Shown one piece after another: positions 9,427 to 20,967 of a stretch of 64,000 nucleotides of DNA. The position numbers and the translations under genes are program-made. The stretch comes from a virus. Lineage: Duplodnaviria > Caudoviricetes. The notes under the pieces were generated by a model that was not told the DNA's origin, did no database searches, and worked only from the letters and a program-made list of their open reading frames with translations. The stretch covers positions 253,465 to 317,464 of IMG/VR virus record IMGVR_UViG_3300028888_000047; one strand, written 5' to 3'. Each line of letters begins with the position of its first letter. The first letter of the stretch is position 1.

Positions 9427-12225
9427 TTAATACTTATTTATTTTAAAATATCCATTACCCATATTTTCTATGGATTCTACACTTTTTATCTCTTGAAGTT
9501 TTAAATGCTTTTCATATGCAGCACTTATACCTCTATCTATATAAATATCTGCTTTAATATTTTGAGGCATTGATGAAGCCAAATTAAATTCAGTTCTAAA
9601 AACAGGAGTAGCTATCACCCCATTATTTTTTTCAAAACCGCCAAACAATTCTTCATTAACCAAATGCCCATTATTATCATATAACATAGGCGTTATTTCA
9701 AAATATGTAGAAACATCGCTTTTTGCAATATCATTGAAATCAGTCAACTCAATAGAACTTACGTCTTGAGAAAGTAAATAATATTTAAATGTAAATGCTT
9801 CATCATCATTTAAATAAAATGTTCCTACTTTTTTATAAACGTATACACTATCTATATACTTGACGCCATAACTGTTATCTATTCTACTATAATTGGTTCC
9901 ATCTTTTTCTATCTCTGTTCCCAAATAGTAAGTAATGTCACACATCATTGTGTTAACTACTGTGGAATTATTTAATGCGTCATATTCTCTTTCACAATAG
10001 TTAATGGCATCCAATGCGTTATCTTCATTTGCGCTATGCCTTATAACCTTTTTATGTGATGAGTCCTTATAGTAAAACTCAATATTTGTTATTATATTAC
10101 CTATAAAATGACCACCGAAGTTTTTTAACTCTGAAACTTCTCCAACTTTATAAAGAATATCCAATGTACACTCATCGTATGTTACATTATAATGAGAAGT
10201 ATCATCAGTTTTATTTATATCAACAACACTTCTAAAATAGCCTGGTAATTCATTGCCTAAATCATCTGTACTAATTTCTTTCCTTCTAATTAAATCTAAT
10301 TTTGAATCGCAATACCCACTAACAATGTTACAATTTTTCTTTTCAAACAGATAATATATTTCAACAGTATTATCCAATAAAACAAATTTATCTATACCAA
10401 GAATATTTAATTGCTCCTTTGAAGGAATCTTATAAGTAAACATATATGAATTTGTTGACTCATCATATTCCAAAACATTAGGAATTACAATATTGCCATT
10501 TAAAATATAAAAAATTGTCGAGCCATAGTTAAAATACCCTTCTAATGCTTGATATGTAAATTCAACGCCATCTTCTTCAATAGTCAAATAATTATCGTCA
10601 ACAAAATATAATACGTCGTTATATAAAACATATTTTCCACTTTTTACATTGCAGCCTTCATCATAACAATTAGAGCCTTTAAGAAAATAAATTTTTTCTA
10701 CGCCATTATCAACTTCAACATATTTTCTTTTACCGTTAAATATAGCATATTCCAAACTACCATCTTTAAAAACCGGCAATTTATTGTTTTTTCTATATTT
10801 TACATCAGCTATTGTATTAGAATCATAGCATAATTCAACATATTTACCATCAATAACTTCATATGTGTTGCCATTAATACAAACATTTTCTATTTTATTA
10901 ATTGGTATTTCAGAAGTTATTTTTTCTGGGTTGTATATTATTTTGCCATTTAATGGAGAAAAAGTGTATGACGTTACTCCTTTAACATCAAATTCATTTG
11001 TATTATGGCTAATATAATAATCAGTATAATTGAGCCAATCATCTTTCTTAAAAACATTTTCATAATAATCATTGTATTCATATCCACTTACATTATTACT
11101 TTTAATAACATAAGTTTCATCAGAAGCACTCTTTTCACCAGTTTCATTGTTTGTTATATATGGTTGATAAATTGTAGTTCCCGCTGATGATGATAATGTA
11201 TTGTGATAATCTACACCTTCTTCCCATTCATTAGAAAAAATAGACATTTCTCCAAAGTCATCAATAGAATTTGACAATGAAATTGGTATTGTTATTGATG
11301 CTGAATTTGTTACAGTACAATTTATGTCAATTCTTTCAGCCCAATTTTTTAAATCATTATATAATTCTGCCCCTCCAAGATTAATGTATTTAACACAATC
11401 ATCATTTTTACAATCTTCAGTTGCTGCTAATTGTCCATATTTTTCATACATTTCCTTAAACCAACGATACCATTTTATTGCATTAGAATAAAATAGTGTG
11501 GTCATTTTCCACGCATCAACAAATTTTGCCGGAATACTATATTGTAATATGTAATTGCTCGTAATCCAATTATATGTTATGTCGCCGCCAAGGGCAATAA
11601 ATTTATCATCTAAATCCTTATAAAAAGTTTCTTGCCATTCATTTCTCACCTTTATTTCCCCATAATAGTACTCTATTGCATCATTGTAACTTTTTTTACC
11701 ATCTACATTTTTTATAAGTTTATAATAATTTTCAAAAAAAGAGTACCACTTGTTAAGCGTATAATATGTTATTATCTTAACGGGAACGCCTGTAACGCCA
11801 CTTACTATAGTTCTTCCACTATATCTTGGGTCTGTATCTGATGAAGGGTTAAACAAATCATAATAATCATCAGTTCCTGATTTTGGTATGTTAACATAAA
11901 TGTCTGTAAATTCAGTAATATTGTCTGCTACTTCATTTGGTATTATAATATCACTTGGGATTAATCCATAGTTTCCATTAGGAAAATTAACTGAGTTATT
12001 TTCGTTAAATGTCATAAACTCAACTCCATGCTCCAATTGTGAAACATTTATATTATACTCTGATGCTCTTTTAACCGCGTCACGATAACTATAAAACTTC
12101 TCTTCTACATTTTTACCACAAGAATACAAATATGGTATCTTCCAGAAATCAACCAAAGATGGTATAATTCCCGGAAGCCTTGATTTTAAATCATTTAACG
12201 ATATTTTTTTGTGTATTACTTTCAT
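9427..12225 (-). CDS. Putative virion structural protein
   Basis: 932 aa, Tyr/Asn/Asp-rich, translationally coupled to the upstream gene; baseplate operon context. Confidence 0.4.
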   Translation of the reverse strand: MKVIHKKISLNDLKSRLPGIIPSLVDFWKIPYLYSCGKNVEEKFYSYRDAVKRASEYNINVSQLEHGVEFMTFNENNSVNFPNGNYGLIPSDIIIPNEVADNITEFTDIYVNIPKSGTDDYYDLFNPSSDTDPRYSGRTIVSGVTGVPVKIITYYTLNKWYSFFENYYKLIKNVDGKKSYNDAIEYYYGEIKVRNEWQETFYKDLDDKFIALGGDITYNWITSNYILQYSIPAKFVDAWKMTTLFYSNAIKWYRWFKEMYEKYGQLAATEDCKNDDCVKYINLGGAELYNDLKNWAERIDINCTVTNSASITIPISLSNSIDDFGEMSIFSNEWEEGVDYHNTLSSSAGTTIYQPYITNNETGEKSASDETYVIKSNNVSGYEYNDYYENVFKKDDWLNYTDYYISHNTNEFDVKGVTSYTFSPLNGKIIYNPEKITSEIPINKIENVCINGNTYEVIDGKYVELCYDSNTIADVKYRKNNKLPVFKDGSLEYAIFNGKRKYVEVDNGVEKIYFLKGSNCYDEGCNVKSGKYVLYNDVLYFVDDNYLTIEEDGVEFTYQALEGYFNYGSTIFYILNGNIVIPNVLEYDESTNSYMFTYKIPSKEQLNILGIDKFVLLDNTVEIYYLFEKKNCNIVSGYCDSKLDLIRRKEISTDDLGNELPGYFRSVVDINKTDDTSHYNVTYDECTLDILYKVGEVSELKNFGGHFIGNIITNIEFYYKDSSHKKVIRHSANEDNALDAINYCEREYDALNNSTVVNTMMCDITYYLGTEIEKDGTNYSRIDNSYGVKYIDSVYVYKKVGTFYLNDDEAFTFKYYLLSQDVSSIELTDFNDIAKSDVSTYFEITPMLYDNNGHLVNEELFGGFEKNNGVIATPVFRTEFNLASSMPQNIKADIYIDRGISAAYEKHLKLQEIKSVESIENMGNGYFKINKY

Positions 12226-15164
12226 TATTCAGCAACTTCAACTATAGATTCATTAGCAAATTTTGTTTCAAATAAATTGAACACCATTACATCATTATCA
12301 ATTACCAATTCTGAGTTTTCCCTTAAATTTTCAGGTAAATAATAAACATATTTTCCTGTTTCTTTGTTATATATGATGTTTATAGGTATATAAGTTTGAT
12401 TATAAATATCATTTAAAGCGAAACCATTCTTTAATTTTTCAACGTCTTCAGATTTGTGCAAATATAATGGTTTGTGCGTAGCATTATCTCTCGGAAGCAT
12501 AAATTGTATTGTTTTACCTATGCCAGCGTGATTAAACTCCACCTTTAAATATATTGTAGCTTCGCGCATTTTCTTTGTGTATTCTTTAAACATATACATA
12601 TAAAACCCTTCAGATGATGTGTCTGTATTATATTTGTCCTTTATAACAAATCTACTACTAAGTCTGCGTTCTTCAGTAAATGCGCAAATGTGTTCTTCAC
12701 TATTAAATATGTCGCTGGGCTCCCCAAAAACAGAAATAAAACTATCCTCACTCATTGGGTTGAATATGTTGTAATAACCTTCCCTATAAGCATTGTCTAT
12801 GAACTTTTTATAAGCGTGATTAGCGTCAAAAAAAACAGTAGATGTGCATAGTAATACTTGTGTCTTGGGGTTTGGCGTACTATAATATGATAATCGCAAA
12901 AATGTTTTTTTAAGCTTATTTGCTATGCTTTTTACATCACCATCTGTAAAATTAATTAACCCCAGCAAATCTGATGCTGAATGCAAAGATTTAATAGCGT
13001 TTTGGCCACACAACTCATCGTGTTGCACATTCTTATAAAAATTATTATCAGTCACAAACCAATTTGACATTGCATAATTTGCGGTCTCAATGTTACTAAA
13101 ATCTCTATCATCTTCTATTACTTTCCAATTTTCAAGATTTCTTGTTCTAAAATGTAAATTAAACTGTAACTCTGTAATTGGACAAAACACATAGTTTTCT
13201 GGTGTACCACTTTTCCAAACAGGATAATATACATCTTTTTCCATATCAACAATTTTATTGATTGAGTTATCTTTAATATAATCAACAAAATCATTTTTAA
13301 CAACATCTTCCCTTAACAAGTTATTTGCAGAATTGTTTAAAAGAGGAAAGTTAAATGAAATATAATCTTGAATTCTATAAATTTTAATTTTTTTCTCCAA
13401 CGCATAAAAATCTAGTATTGAATATGGCGCTGGGCTTGACATAGAATTCATTAATCCATTTTCTACTGATAATAACTTATTGCCAAAAGTGTCATATCTA
13501 AGTTTAAATCTAAATGATTTCCAATTGTTAACAACGACTCCACAAATATCGCGCCTAACCTCATCCATTTCCTCGTCACTTATTGTATCATTATCAACGT
13601 CTGGATAAACAATATAACTACTAGAACCATCTATGTTAGAGACGAACAAATTAAATGAAACCATTTCATTTATGACTACATATTCACTACCATCATTATC
13701 AACTATAACAGGGTATTTAACATTGTTTATTGTCACACCACTTGTTGTTTTAACACTATATTTGTTATTATTAATGCCATATTCAATTTTTATGTTATCT
13801 TCTGTTGAAAAATCTGACTTATAATAAATTTTATTACTTAATCCTGCTTTTTCATTATTAACATTAAAAAGCATAGTTTCACCATTAACAACGGTGCTTG
13901 CGCTATCATAATCGTCATTAAAATAAGTTAAAACATATTCATTATCTGACATATTAACAGTGTCATATAAATGGTCTTGAACATAATATTTTTTTCCATT
14001 ATATGTTATATATCTTTCAGTGTCAATTTTAACGTATTCTATTATTTCAATTGGCGCTGTGCTTTCAGCAATTATGTGATTTCCCTCCGAAATATCAAAA
14101 TTGTCACTAGAATCAATGATAATTAAAAAACAGCCATCGTTTTTTTGACTTATTAAAACATCATTGATTTCTAAATATAAATCATCCTCAGGAATATATA
14201 TGGCGCTTCCAGTATACTCTAAATCATGATGCTCCTGATATATAGAATCATTACCATAATTGTTTTTTGCTTCATAGAAATTACCATTTATAGTAACGCC
14301 ATAACCAATATAAGCCCCACCGTCGTCATAAACTTCCTCCAAGTAATAGTTTTCGCCTTTGTAATTAACAAAGTGCTTGTAGCCCCCATACATTACGTCA
14401 TCTGCTTCAATAACTGGTTCTTCTTCCTTAATCAATAAAAACTTTTGCTTCCTTTTCCATTGGCTAGGAAAAAAATCCACTACTAATAGATTACCATTAT
14501 TATCAGTATCAGCGCTAACGTTGCAACCATCTATAAGCCCTATCAACTCATTTGCATTAATAGGGTCGTGATTTTTGCTTAGTCTAATTTCTGGAAATGT
14601 ATTTGAAAAATCTACCTCATATACATAGTCTCCTACAACTAATTTACCATCTTCTATATTTAAAAACGTTTTAATTATAACTTTTTCGTCATAAAAAGAC
14701 GCTTTATAAAATGAATGATTAATTAGATACCCACTTGGAGAATTACCATTACCATCAAAAAAATATGATATATCACCGTTATATTCAATATAATTTTGTT
14801 CTACGCCACTTATGATATAATCCCCTTCATCAAAAGTCTCATATTTTTTGTTGTAAACAATCACATAACTTCCATTTTCATCAGAATATATTGGAAGTTT
14901 TAAAGCAGTTTCTATTTTTTTAACAGGCAATTCTATTTTTACGCCCAATTTACCTTGTATTTTAACGTTTTCAACGTTTATGGTGCTTTTATCGCTATTT
15001 AGAAGATAAGGGCTTTCAATTATAACGCTCTCTCCGTTTATAAGACCTGTGTTATAATCAGTGTAACCTGAAATATATGATAAATCAGGTGACACATACA
15101 AATCAGTGATTGGAAAATCGTTTAATTCAATTTCTTTATTCGTTTTAACTTTATATTTTAACAT
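12225..15164 (-). CDS. Putative virion structural protein
   Basis: 979 aa, beta-rich (YxxYNGxxY repeats); baseplate operon context. Confidence 0.4.
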   Translation of the reverse strand: MLKYKVKTNKEIELNDFPITDLYVSPDLSYISGYTDYNTGLINGESVIIESPYLLNSDKSTINVENVKIQGKLGVKIELPVKKIETALKLPIYSDENGSYVIVYNKKYETFDEGDYIISGVEQNYIEYNGDISYFFDGNGNSPSGYLINHSFYKASFYDEKVIIKTFLNIEDGKLVVGDYVYEVDFSNTFPEIRLSKNHDPINANELIGLIDGCNVSADTDNNGNLLVVDFFPSQWKRKQKFLLIKEEEPVIEADDVMYGGYKHFVNYKGENYYLEEVYDDGGAYIGYGVTINGNFYEAKNNYGNDSIYQEHHDLEYTGSAIYIPEDDLYLEINDVLISQKNDGCFLIIIDSSDNFDISEGNHIIAESTAPIEIIEYVKIDTERYITYNGKKYYVQDHLYDTVNMSDNEYVLTYFNDDYDSASTVVNGETMLFNVNNEKAGLSNKIYYKSDFSTEDNIKIEYGINNNKYSVKTTSGVTINNVKYPVIVDNDGSEYVVINEMVSFNLFVSNIDGSSSYIVYPDVDNDTISDEEMDEVRRDICGVVVNNWKSFRFKLRYDTFGNKLLSVENGLMNSMSSPAPYSILDFYALEKKIKIYRIQDYISFNFPLLNNSANNLLREDVVKNDFVDYIKDNSINKIVDMEKDVYYPVWKSGTPENYVFCPITELQFNLHFRTRNLENWKVIEDDRDFSNIETANYAMSNWFVTDNNFYKNVQHDELCGQNAIKSLHSASDLLGLINFTDGDVKSIANKLKKTFLRLSYYSTPNPKTQVLLCTSTVFFDANHAYKKFIDNAYREGYYNIFNPMSEDSFISVFGEPSDIFNSEEHICAFTEERRLSSRFVIKDKYNTDTSSEGFYMYMFKEYTKKMREATIYLKVEFNHAGIGKTIQFMLPRDNATHKPLYLHKSEDVEKLKNGFALNDIYNQTYIPINIIYNKETGKYVYYLPENLRENSELVIDNDVMVFNLFETKFANESIVEVAE

Positions 15165-18025
15165 GGGTCAAATTCATTTTCGTTATAATTGATTTTATTT
15201 GAAGGGCTGAAATTATGATAATTGTTTATATCCTCACCATCCGGAACATAATCAAAAGCATCATCGCTAACATCTCCCAAATGTTCTTTTTGAGGGTCTT
15301 GCCTTCTCAAGAAGAAATTAATGCTTCTTTTAATGTAAAACGCTCCATTTGTAAATGGATATATGTTTTCATTTTCTTCTATCCCATTTGAAACAACATT
15401 TCTCCACCCATATCTACAAAAGCCATCCAATATAACGTTTGCGTAATCGGGAATATTTTCAGGCTTTTTAAGCAATACATAATCATTAACATTAGCAAAA
15501 TCAAGTCCTGAGCTATTAACAATTTCGCACGTAAATTTGTTTAAATCAATTGGCTCAATAACAACAACATTATACGCTTTATTTGTAGAACGATTATATA
15601 GCATTAATTTCTCATTTTTTGAAAAACTATTTTTTAAAACTGTTTTTATTTCATTGCTGCTTATTGAATATATTTCATATTCTATTGCTTTTTCAGTGTT
15701 TAATGTGTTTGAAACTGTTTTGATAGGAATTCTATAATGAGGTTGATAATAATAACCTTCTTTAAAAGAAAGCATATCTTTATAATCGTCAGGTACTGAA
15801 TGATTTAATGGACCATTTTCAAATGCCTCAAATGGGTCTACCTCATAATCATAATTTATAACCGTTAATTTATTTTCATCTACTTGTATTTCATCGTGAC
15901 ACAAGCGACCAATACCATAATCTCCTGTGGCAATATGACAACTTCTAAAAAATGTTAATGACTTTGAAGTTGGATTTATGTTAGATAGTTCCCTTTGAAC
16001 GGTGTTAAATCTATGCATAGACATTTGTAATGACTGTTCATCACAATCTATAGGAGAATAACAACAAATATCACCGTAATATTCATAATCTTTGCCTATT
16101 TCAACTTCCCCCAAATCTTTTGTTTCTCCATATGTTAAATCTCTAACATCATATAAAGTAGTTGATTGTCCTATGTTATACCATTCTCTATAATAATCAG
16201 ATAGCACAAAACTGTCATGTATTTTACCAAAACAATGAGAATATTCTACCTCTTCACTACCTAAATCAAATTCTTCATCTATCCCATACCATTTTTTATA
16301 CCCTTTGTTGTTTTTTACAATTGTCAGATATAAATCACTTAATGGTCTTCCAAGGTTATCCTTTAAAAATGAAGTATCAAAATCATCAGTAAATACTATT
16401 TCAACAGAATCATCACCATACGCAGTGTTGGCAAATCCCAATTTGCCAATGTGACTTTCAAAATTACTTCTCCAATCTTTTGGGTCAGAAAATCTCTCTA
16501 TTAAATCAGAACCTTCTTTATATAAGGTATAATCATTAACTTCTTCGTTTTTAAACTTGAAATTTGGCAACCTTGAAAATTTTCTTACATAATATTTACA
16601 TTCCACGCCATTCACCACCCTTCTTATATGTATATCTTGCGCATTTGGGTCAACATTACACCTATTGCTTTCACATATTGGATAATAAATACCGTTATCA
16701 TCTTGATAAACACCACCACTGTCAAATCTATCGCCTTCAGTTTCAACCCATTCATTTGATATATCAAAAGATGCTTTATGCACTTGGAATATAAAGTTGT
16801 CAACAACGTTTAAAACCTGAACAGAGTCATAAACTAAATCATCTGATTTGTATATATTAACGGTGTCGCCAACCATTAAACCATGTTGGCAAATTGTATA
16901 TATTGTTAATACAGACTCTCCATTATCATCAACAGTATATTCATCAAACATATAAACCTTTAAAGATGTATTACCACTGCTATCTATTCTGAAAAATGGA
17001 AAGTCATTACAATTATTCATTTTTACAACGTTTTTACTTGGGTAAGTAATACAATAATTCCAATTGTTTTCAACCCTTCTTCTATATTTATTGTATTTTG
17101 GCGTAAAAGAATATAAATCTCTGCCGGGATACATATCTATAAATTCGCCAACTTCTTTATTATTTATAGTTCTGTTTATATATTTCCCATAATCATCAAG
17201 CACTCCATCCAATTTAACCGAAGCGTTTATAAACGGATTTTTAAATCCATACCATCCATTGCTATTTATTAATTTGTTTTCAACACAATCTTCAAAACTC
17301 ATTATATCTATATTTTGGTATAAATGTAATGGAACTTGGTCTTGCCTAAAACCACTTCCAAGCTCATATCTAACAAAATTTTCCGAAACAATAACACCAT
17401 TACTGTCACGCATATAATCATCTATTGTGTTGAAATCATTGCTAACATATTTATGTTTACCTTCTGTGATACCGATAGTACCTGCATGCACCGGTATGTC
17501 ATAGCCTTGACCATATACATCGGAAAATTTACCAATTTTCTTTGTAGAATTTATATCATTGTAGTTTACCGCTTTAAAAACTTTATTTCTTATAATGTGA
17601 TTATTAAAAATGTCTATTCCACAATGATAATCAAAACCAAATCTTTCACTGGATAATTGTGTATCTCTAATTGCTTGATATTGATTCCAAACGAAATTTG
17701 TGTCCTTACCTATTATATTATTGTCAATATAACCACTTTCGAAATTAAGGCATTTAACATCATCAGTTCCTTCATTTTTAACTATTTCAGTATATGGATT
17801 AAATAAAATATTACTGCAAAATGGATTTATATTAACAACCAATCTAAATTTATTACTTTTTTTACGCTCATCAATATAAACATCATAAGCATCAATCGTA
17901 CCATCAATAGAATCTTCCGGTAATAATTTCTCATTACCGGTCAAATTAAGTGTTAATGATGAGTTTTCGTTAACTGACTTTTTATTAATTGAACTATTAA
18001 GTAATATTTTTTCCGTGACTTCCAT
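15158..18025 (-). CDS. Putative virion structural protein
   Basis: 955 aa; HGLMVGDTV beta-barrel motif common in phage baseplate/tail proteins. Confidence 0.4.
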   Translation of the reverse strand: MEVTEKILLNSSINKKSVNENSSLTLNLTGNEKLLPEDSIDGTIDAYDVYIDERKKSNKFRLVVNINPFCSNILFNPYTEIVKNEGTDDVKCLNFESGYIDNNIIGKDTNFVWNQYQAIRDTQLSSERFGFDYHCGIDIFNNHIIRNKVFKAVNYNDINSTKKIGKFSDVYGQGYDIPVHAGTIGITEGKHKYVSNDFNTIDDYMRDSNGVIVSENFVRYELGSGFRQDQVPLHLYQNIDIMSFEDCVENKLINSNGWYGFKNPFINASVKLDGVLDDYGKYINRTINNKEVGEFIDMYPGRDLYSFTPKYNKYRRRVENNWNYCITYPSKNVVKMNNCNDFPFFRIDSSGNTSLKVYMFDEYTVDDNGESVLTIYTICQHGLMVGDTVNIYKSDDLVYDSVQVLNVVDNFIFQVHKASFDISNEWVETEGDRFDSGGVYQDDNGIYYPICESNRCNVDPNAQDIHIRRVVNGVECKYYVRKFSRLPNFKFKNEEVNDYTLYKEGSDLIERFSDPKDWRSNFESHIGKLGFANTAYGDDSVEIVFTDDFDTSFLKDNLGRPLSDLYLTIVKNNKGYKKWYGIDEEFDLGSEEVEYSHCFGKIHDSFVLSDYYREWYNIGQSTTLYDVRDLTYGETKDLGEVEIGKDYEYYGDICCYSPIDCDEQSLQMSMHRFNTVQRELSNINPTSKSLTFFRSCHIATGDYGIGRLCHDEIQVDENKLTVINYDYEVDPFEAFENGPLNHSVPDDYKDMLSFKEGYYYQPHYRIPIKTVSNTLNTEKAIEYEIYSISSNEIKTVLKNSFSKNEKLMLYNRSTNKAYNVVVIEPIDLNKFTCEIVNSSGLDFANVNDYVLLKKPENIPDYANVILDGFCRYGWRNVVSNGIEENENIYPFTNGAFYIKRSINFFLRRQDPQKEHLGDVSDDAFDYVPDGEDINNYHNFSPSNKINYNENEFDPC

Positions 18026-18030
18026 TTTAA

Positions 18031-20964
18031 CTATTTTTTATCGCATTTAGAGATGAACTGTTCATAGAACTTTTCAATTGCTGTACTACCTTGATTTAAG
18101 CCAAAATAAAAATAAAATGAATTATTATACAAAGGAAAAGCGTATTCTTGATTACCTGGATTATAATCTACAGCGACTTTATCATTCGTCGCGTCGTACC
18201 CATAAAAATGCCTTTCAAATTTTAATTCATTGTCTAAACTTATAGAATCTAAATTAGAGCCAAACCTAAAATCCAAATAATCTTTATTTCTATAATCTTT
18301 TGTTTTATTATTTTCCGTTCCTCCTGACGTATAATTTTGTGCGATATATTCCATTCTGCCATCAAAATTATTTGGGTATAAAAATTTTAAATCATATTTC
18401 TTATATCCGGTTAATTCGTTTGGGATTTCACCAATCAATTTTTTATAATTCATAGATGCAAATTGAGAACGAGAATCGACATCTTCAATTTCTCTTTTTG
18501 TAATCAAACCATCCATAAGCAACGTATCTGAATAATCTGACCAATCAAGCGTAAAGTTATATGTTACATTACAATCAAGAGTTGTACCCAATTCACATAT
18601 TCTTTCAACATTTGGAATTGTTTTTACATCACTTTGTGGTAATATTAGTTTAACTTCCTTTTCTATATCAAATATCCATATCTTATCTTTAATGTTTTGT
18701 GTTTTATAATACATTCCAAAAAACAAACCAGACCCCAAATAATACTTATACCTATCATCATTACTATCAACACCGTGTTCTTGCCAATAGTCTCCCCAAT
18801 TCATTCCGTTAAATGACACTTTTGTATCCCCTTGATAAGTGGTATTCCCACTATAAGATGGCTTATATGCGCCAATTGACGGAATATTAGATGTTGTCGT
18901 AGGTAAGTTGTACATTACTTTTGGAACGCCATCAATATCATCGTCCTTTAAACTACCTAACAATATTATATCAGTAGAAAAAAGTCTTATGTATTCACTT
19001 TCGTCTTTCTCCTCGATGTTTTTTAGCTTAGTACCATAACTATAATAAAAAACATCGTCATCATATTTTGTTTTTTTATTTTTTATTATTCCATCATAAA
19101 ACTCTTTACTACCATATGGCATTTTAGTGAATTTATATTTATAGCCATTTTTTTCATTGGTATAAACTGTATTTTCGGTTGGAATTCTTAAATTACAATT
19201 TGAATATATGTATGACCCACCGTTAAAAAGCATCATTTTATTTGCAGTATCTTTAACTCTCTTACACTCACAAAATAAACTATCACGTTCTGCTTTCCCA
19301 TTTTCAGTGTTTGCTTTGGTTTTTAAGTGCCAAAACCACGAAGGAAAATAAAGACATCCGTTTAACCAATCATTATAAAAATCAAGACCTATACCTTCCT
19401 GTTCTTCCAAAACCTTTTCCACAGCAGCATCAATACTTACAATATATGAATGACTTTTTAAAAAATTCCAAAACCCAACAAGAGAATACCAAAAATTTTC
19501 ATCGCCATAGATTTTATTACGAACCAAATCTTGTAATGCATGAAATGCGGGTATTGATAAATTTAAGTTTATTTTATTAAAAGGTAATAAATTATTTTTT
19601 TTCGCACCACTTTTGTTTACCCCCTTTATTGCTAGATAATTTTCAATATAATCATATATATTTCTCTGTAATCTTGGAATATAACCTTTTACAGAATATA
19701 CTTTATTCCAATATAAATCTCTAAAACAATCTTCAGGGGTATTCGTTCCAAACTCATAATAATCGTAATTTTCTTCACAATTTATTACTTTTTTATCAAC
19801 CACCGGCTTGGTATACTTATTTATTAAGTCCGGATTATTCGGTACAAGATACCTTGCCTTATGCGAACTTAAATTGTTAGCACCATTTTCATCAAGTGTT
19901 ATTCTAAACCTAACTCTTGCCCTTGTCGGTATTCCTTTTGAAATGTCATTTGTTGGAACTATATTTCCCTTTTCATCGGTTCCAACATAATCAAGATTCA
20001 TCGGTATCTGATAACACCATACACCATCACTATCAATCAACTGATTGCCCTTAATGGTATATTCTTCAACATCACCATCTACTGTTTTTCTAATCATTTC
20101 AATGTTACCCTTACTTACAGTAAGTTGGCTTGCTTCCCCAACACTAGCATCAGGTATACAATCATGACTAATGTAACTTGAGCCGTCATCAGTTATAACG
20201 GACCCCAAGAACACACAAGTGGTTTCAAACTTATATTCTAACGTTATATCCTTTCTTGTAATAGCTATTTCGTTAGAATCTTTATCTCCCCACAATGGAT
20301 ATACAGTAACAGATGTGCTCTGATTAAACAACTGAGGTAAATCGTCCAAATTGGTACTTTTCTTAAACTGCGTTGGACTTTCAAATAAATCAAGCGAATA
20401 TCCTTTGTAAATGAAATCTCTTGGCTCTTGAGATAAAATTCCAATATCTGACAAATCAACGTCAACATGAAGCATTTGTTCTCCTGTAGGAACGCCAAAT
20501 ATCATATAATCTCCTGCGTTATTTGTTACTGTTGTATATTTGTAATATTTGTCATATATTTCAATAACCGAATCATTGTCAAGAACAAGTTGTTTTTTTG
20601 GAAATGAACCAACCGCTTGGTGGCATTCAAATTCTTTATAATTTGGCAACAAATTATATTTTACGTTTCTACTATCAGTATCATTAACAAAGTTATATGG
20701 ATATACTGTTCTTATATATTGATTTAATTTATCTGCCTCAGATAAAGGTATAAATACAGAAACCTTTGCGTTTGGAATTCCAAACGCATCATTAGCAAGA
20801 ACTCTACCAACTATAACACCATAGTCGGCAGAGTGAAGCTTGTATAAATTCTCCTGGCTTAATTCAAGAGAAAGTATTTCATATATGTCAACATCTTGTT
20901 TAAGACTTACGTTTAAGTATTGGTCAGCCCCAATGTTGGCTTTAATTGTGTAACTATTATTCAT
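18031..20964 (-). CDS. Virion structural protein with an N-terminal carboxypeptidase-regulatory-like (Ig) domain
   Basis: GVIVGRV...GIPNAKVSVF...TVTNNAGDYMIFGVPTGEQMLHVD is a CarboxypepD_reg-like pattern; directly downstream of gp6. Confidence 0.5.
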   Translation of the reverse strand: MNNSYTIKANIGADQYLNVSLKQDVDIYEILSLELSQENLYKLHSADYGVIVGRVLANDAFGIPNAKVSVFIPLSEADKLNQYIRTVYPYNFVNDTDSRNVKYNLLPNYKEFECHQAVGSFPKKQLVLDNDSVIEIYDKYYKYTTVTNNAGDYMIFGVPTGEQMLHVDVDLSDIGILSQEPRDFIYKGYSLDLFESPTQFKKSTNLDDLPQLFNQSTSVTVYPLWGDKDSNEIAITRKDITLEYKFETTCVFLGSVITDDGSSYISHDCIPDASVGEASQLTVSKGNIEMIRKTVDGDVEEYTIKGNQLIDSDGVWCYQIPMNLDYVGTDEKGNIVPTNDISKGIPTRARVRFRITLDENGANNLSSHKARYLVPNNPDLINKYTKPVVDKKVINCEENYDYYEFGTNTPEDCFRDLYWNKVYSVKGYIPRLQRNIYDYIENYLAIKGVNKSGAKKNNLLPFNKINLNLSIPAFHALQDLVRNKIYGDENFWYSLVGFWNFLKSHSYIVSIDAAVEKVLEEQEGIGLDFYNDWLNGCLYFPSWFWHLKTKANTENGKAERDSLFCECKRVKDTANKMMLFNGGSYIYSNCNLRIPTENTVYTNEKNGYKYKFTKMPYGSKEFYDGIIKNKKTKYDDDVFYYSYGTKLKNIEEKDESEYIRLFSTDIILLGSLKDDDIDGVPKVMYNLPTTTSNIPSIGAYKPSYSGNTTYQGDTKVSFNGMNWGDYWQEHGVDSNDDRYKYYLGSGLFFGMYYKTQNIKDKIWIFDIEKEVKLILPQSDVKTIPNVERICELGTTLDCNVTYNFTLDWSDYSDTLLMDGLITKREIEDVDSRSQFASMNYKKLIGEIPNELTGYKKYDLKFLYPNNFDGRMEYIAQNYTSGGTENNKTKDYRNKDYLDFRFGSNLDSISLDNELKFERHFYGYDATNDKVAVDYNPGNQEYAFPLYNNSFYFYFGLNQGSTAIEKFYEQFISKCDKK

Positions 20965-20967
20965 TCT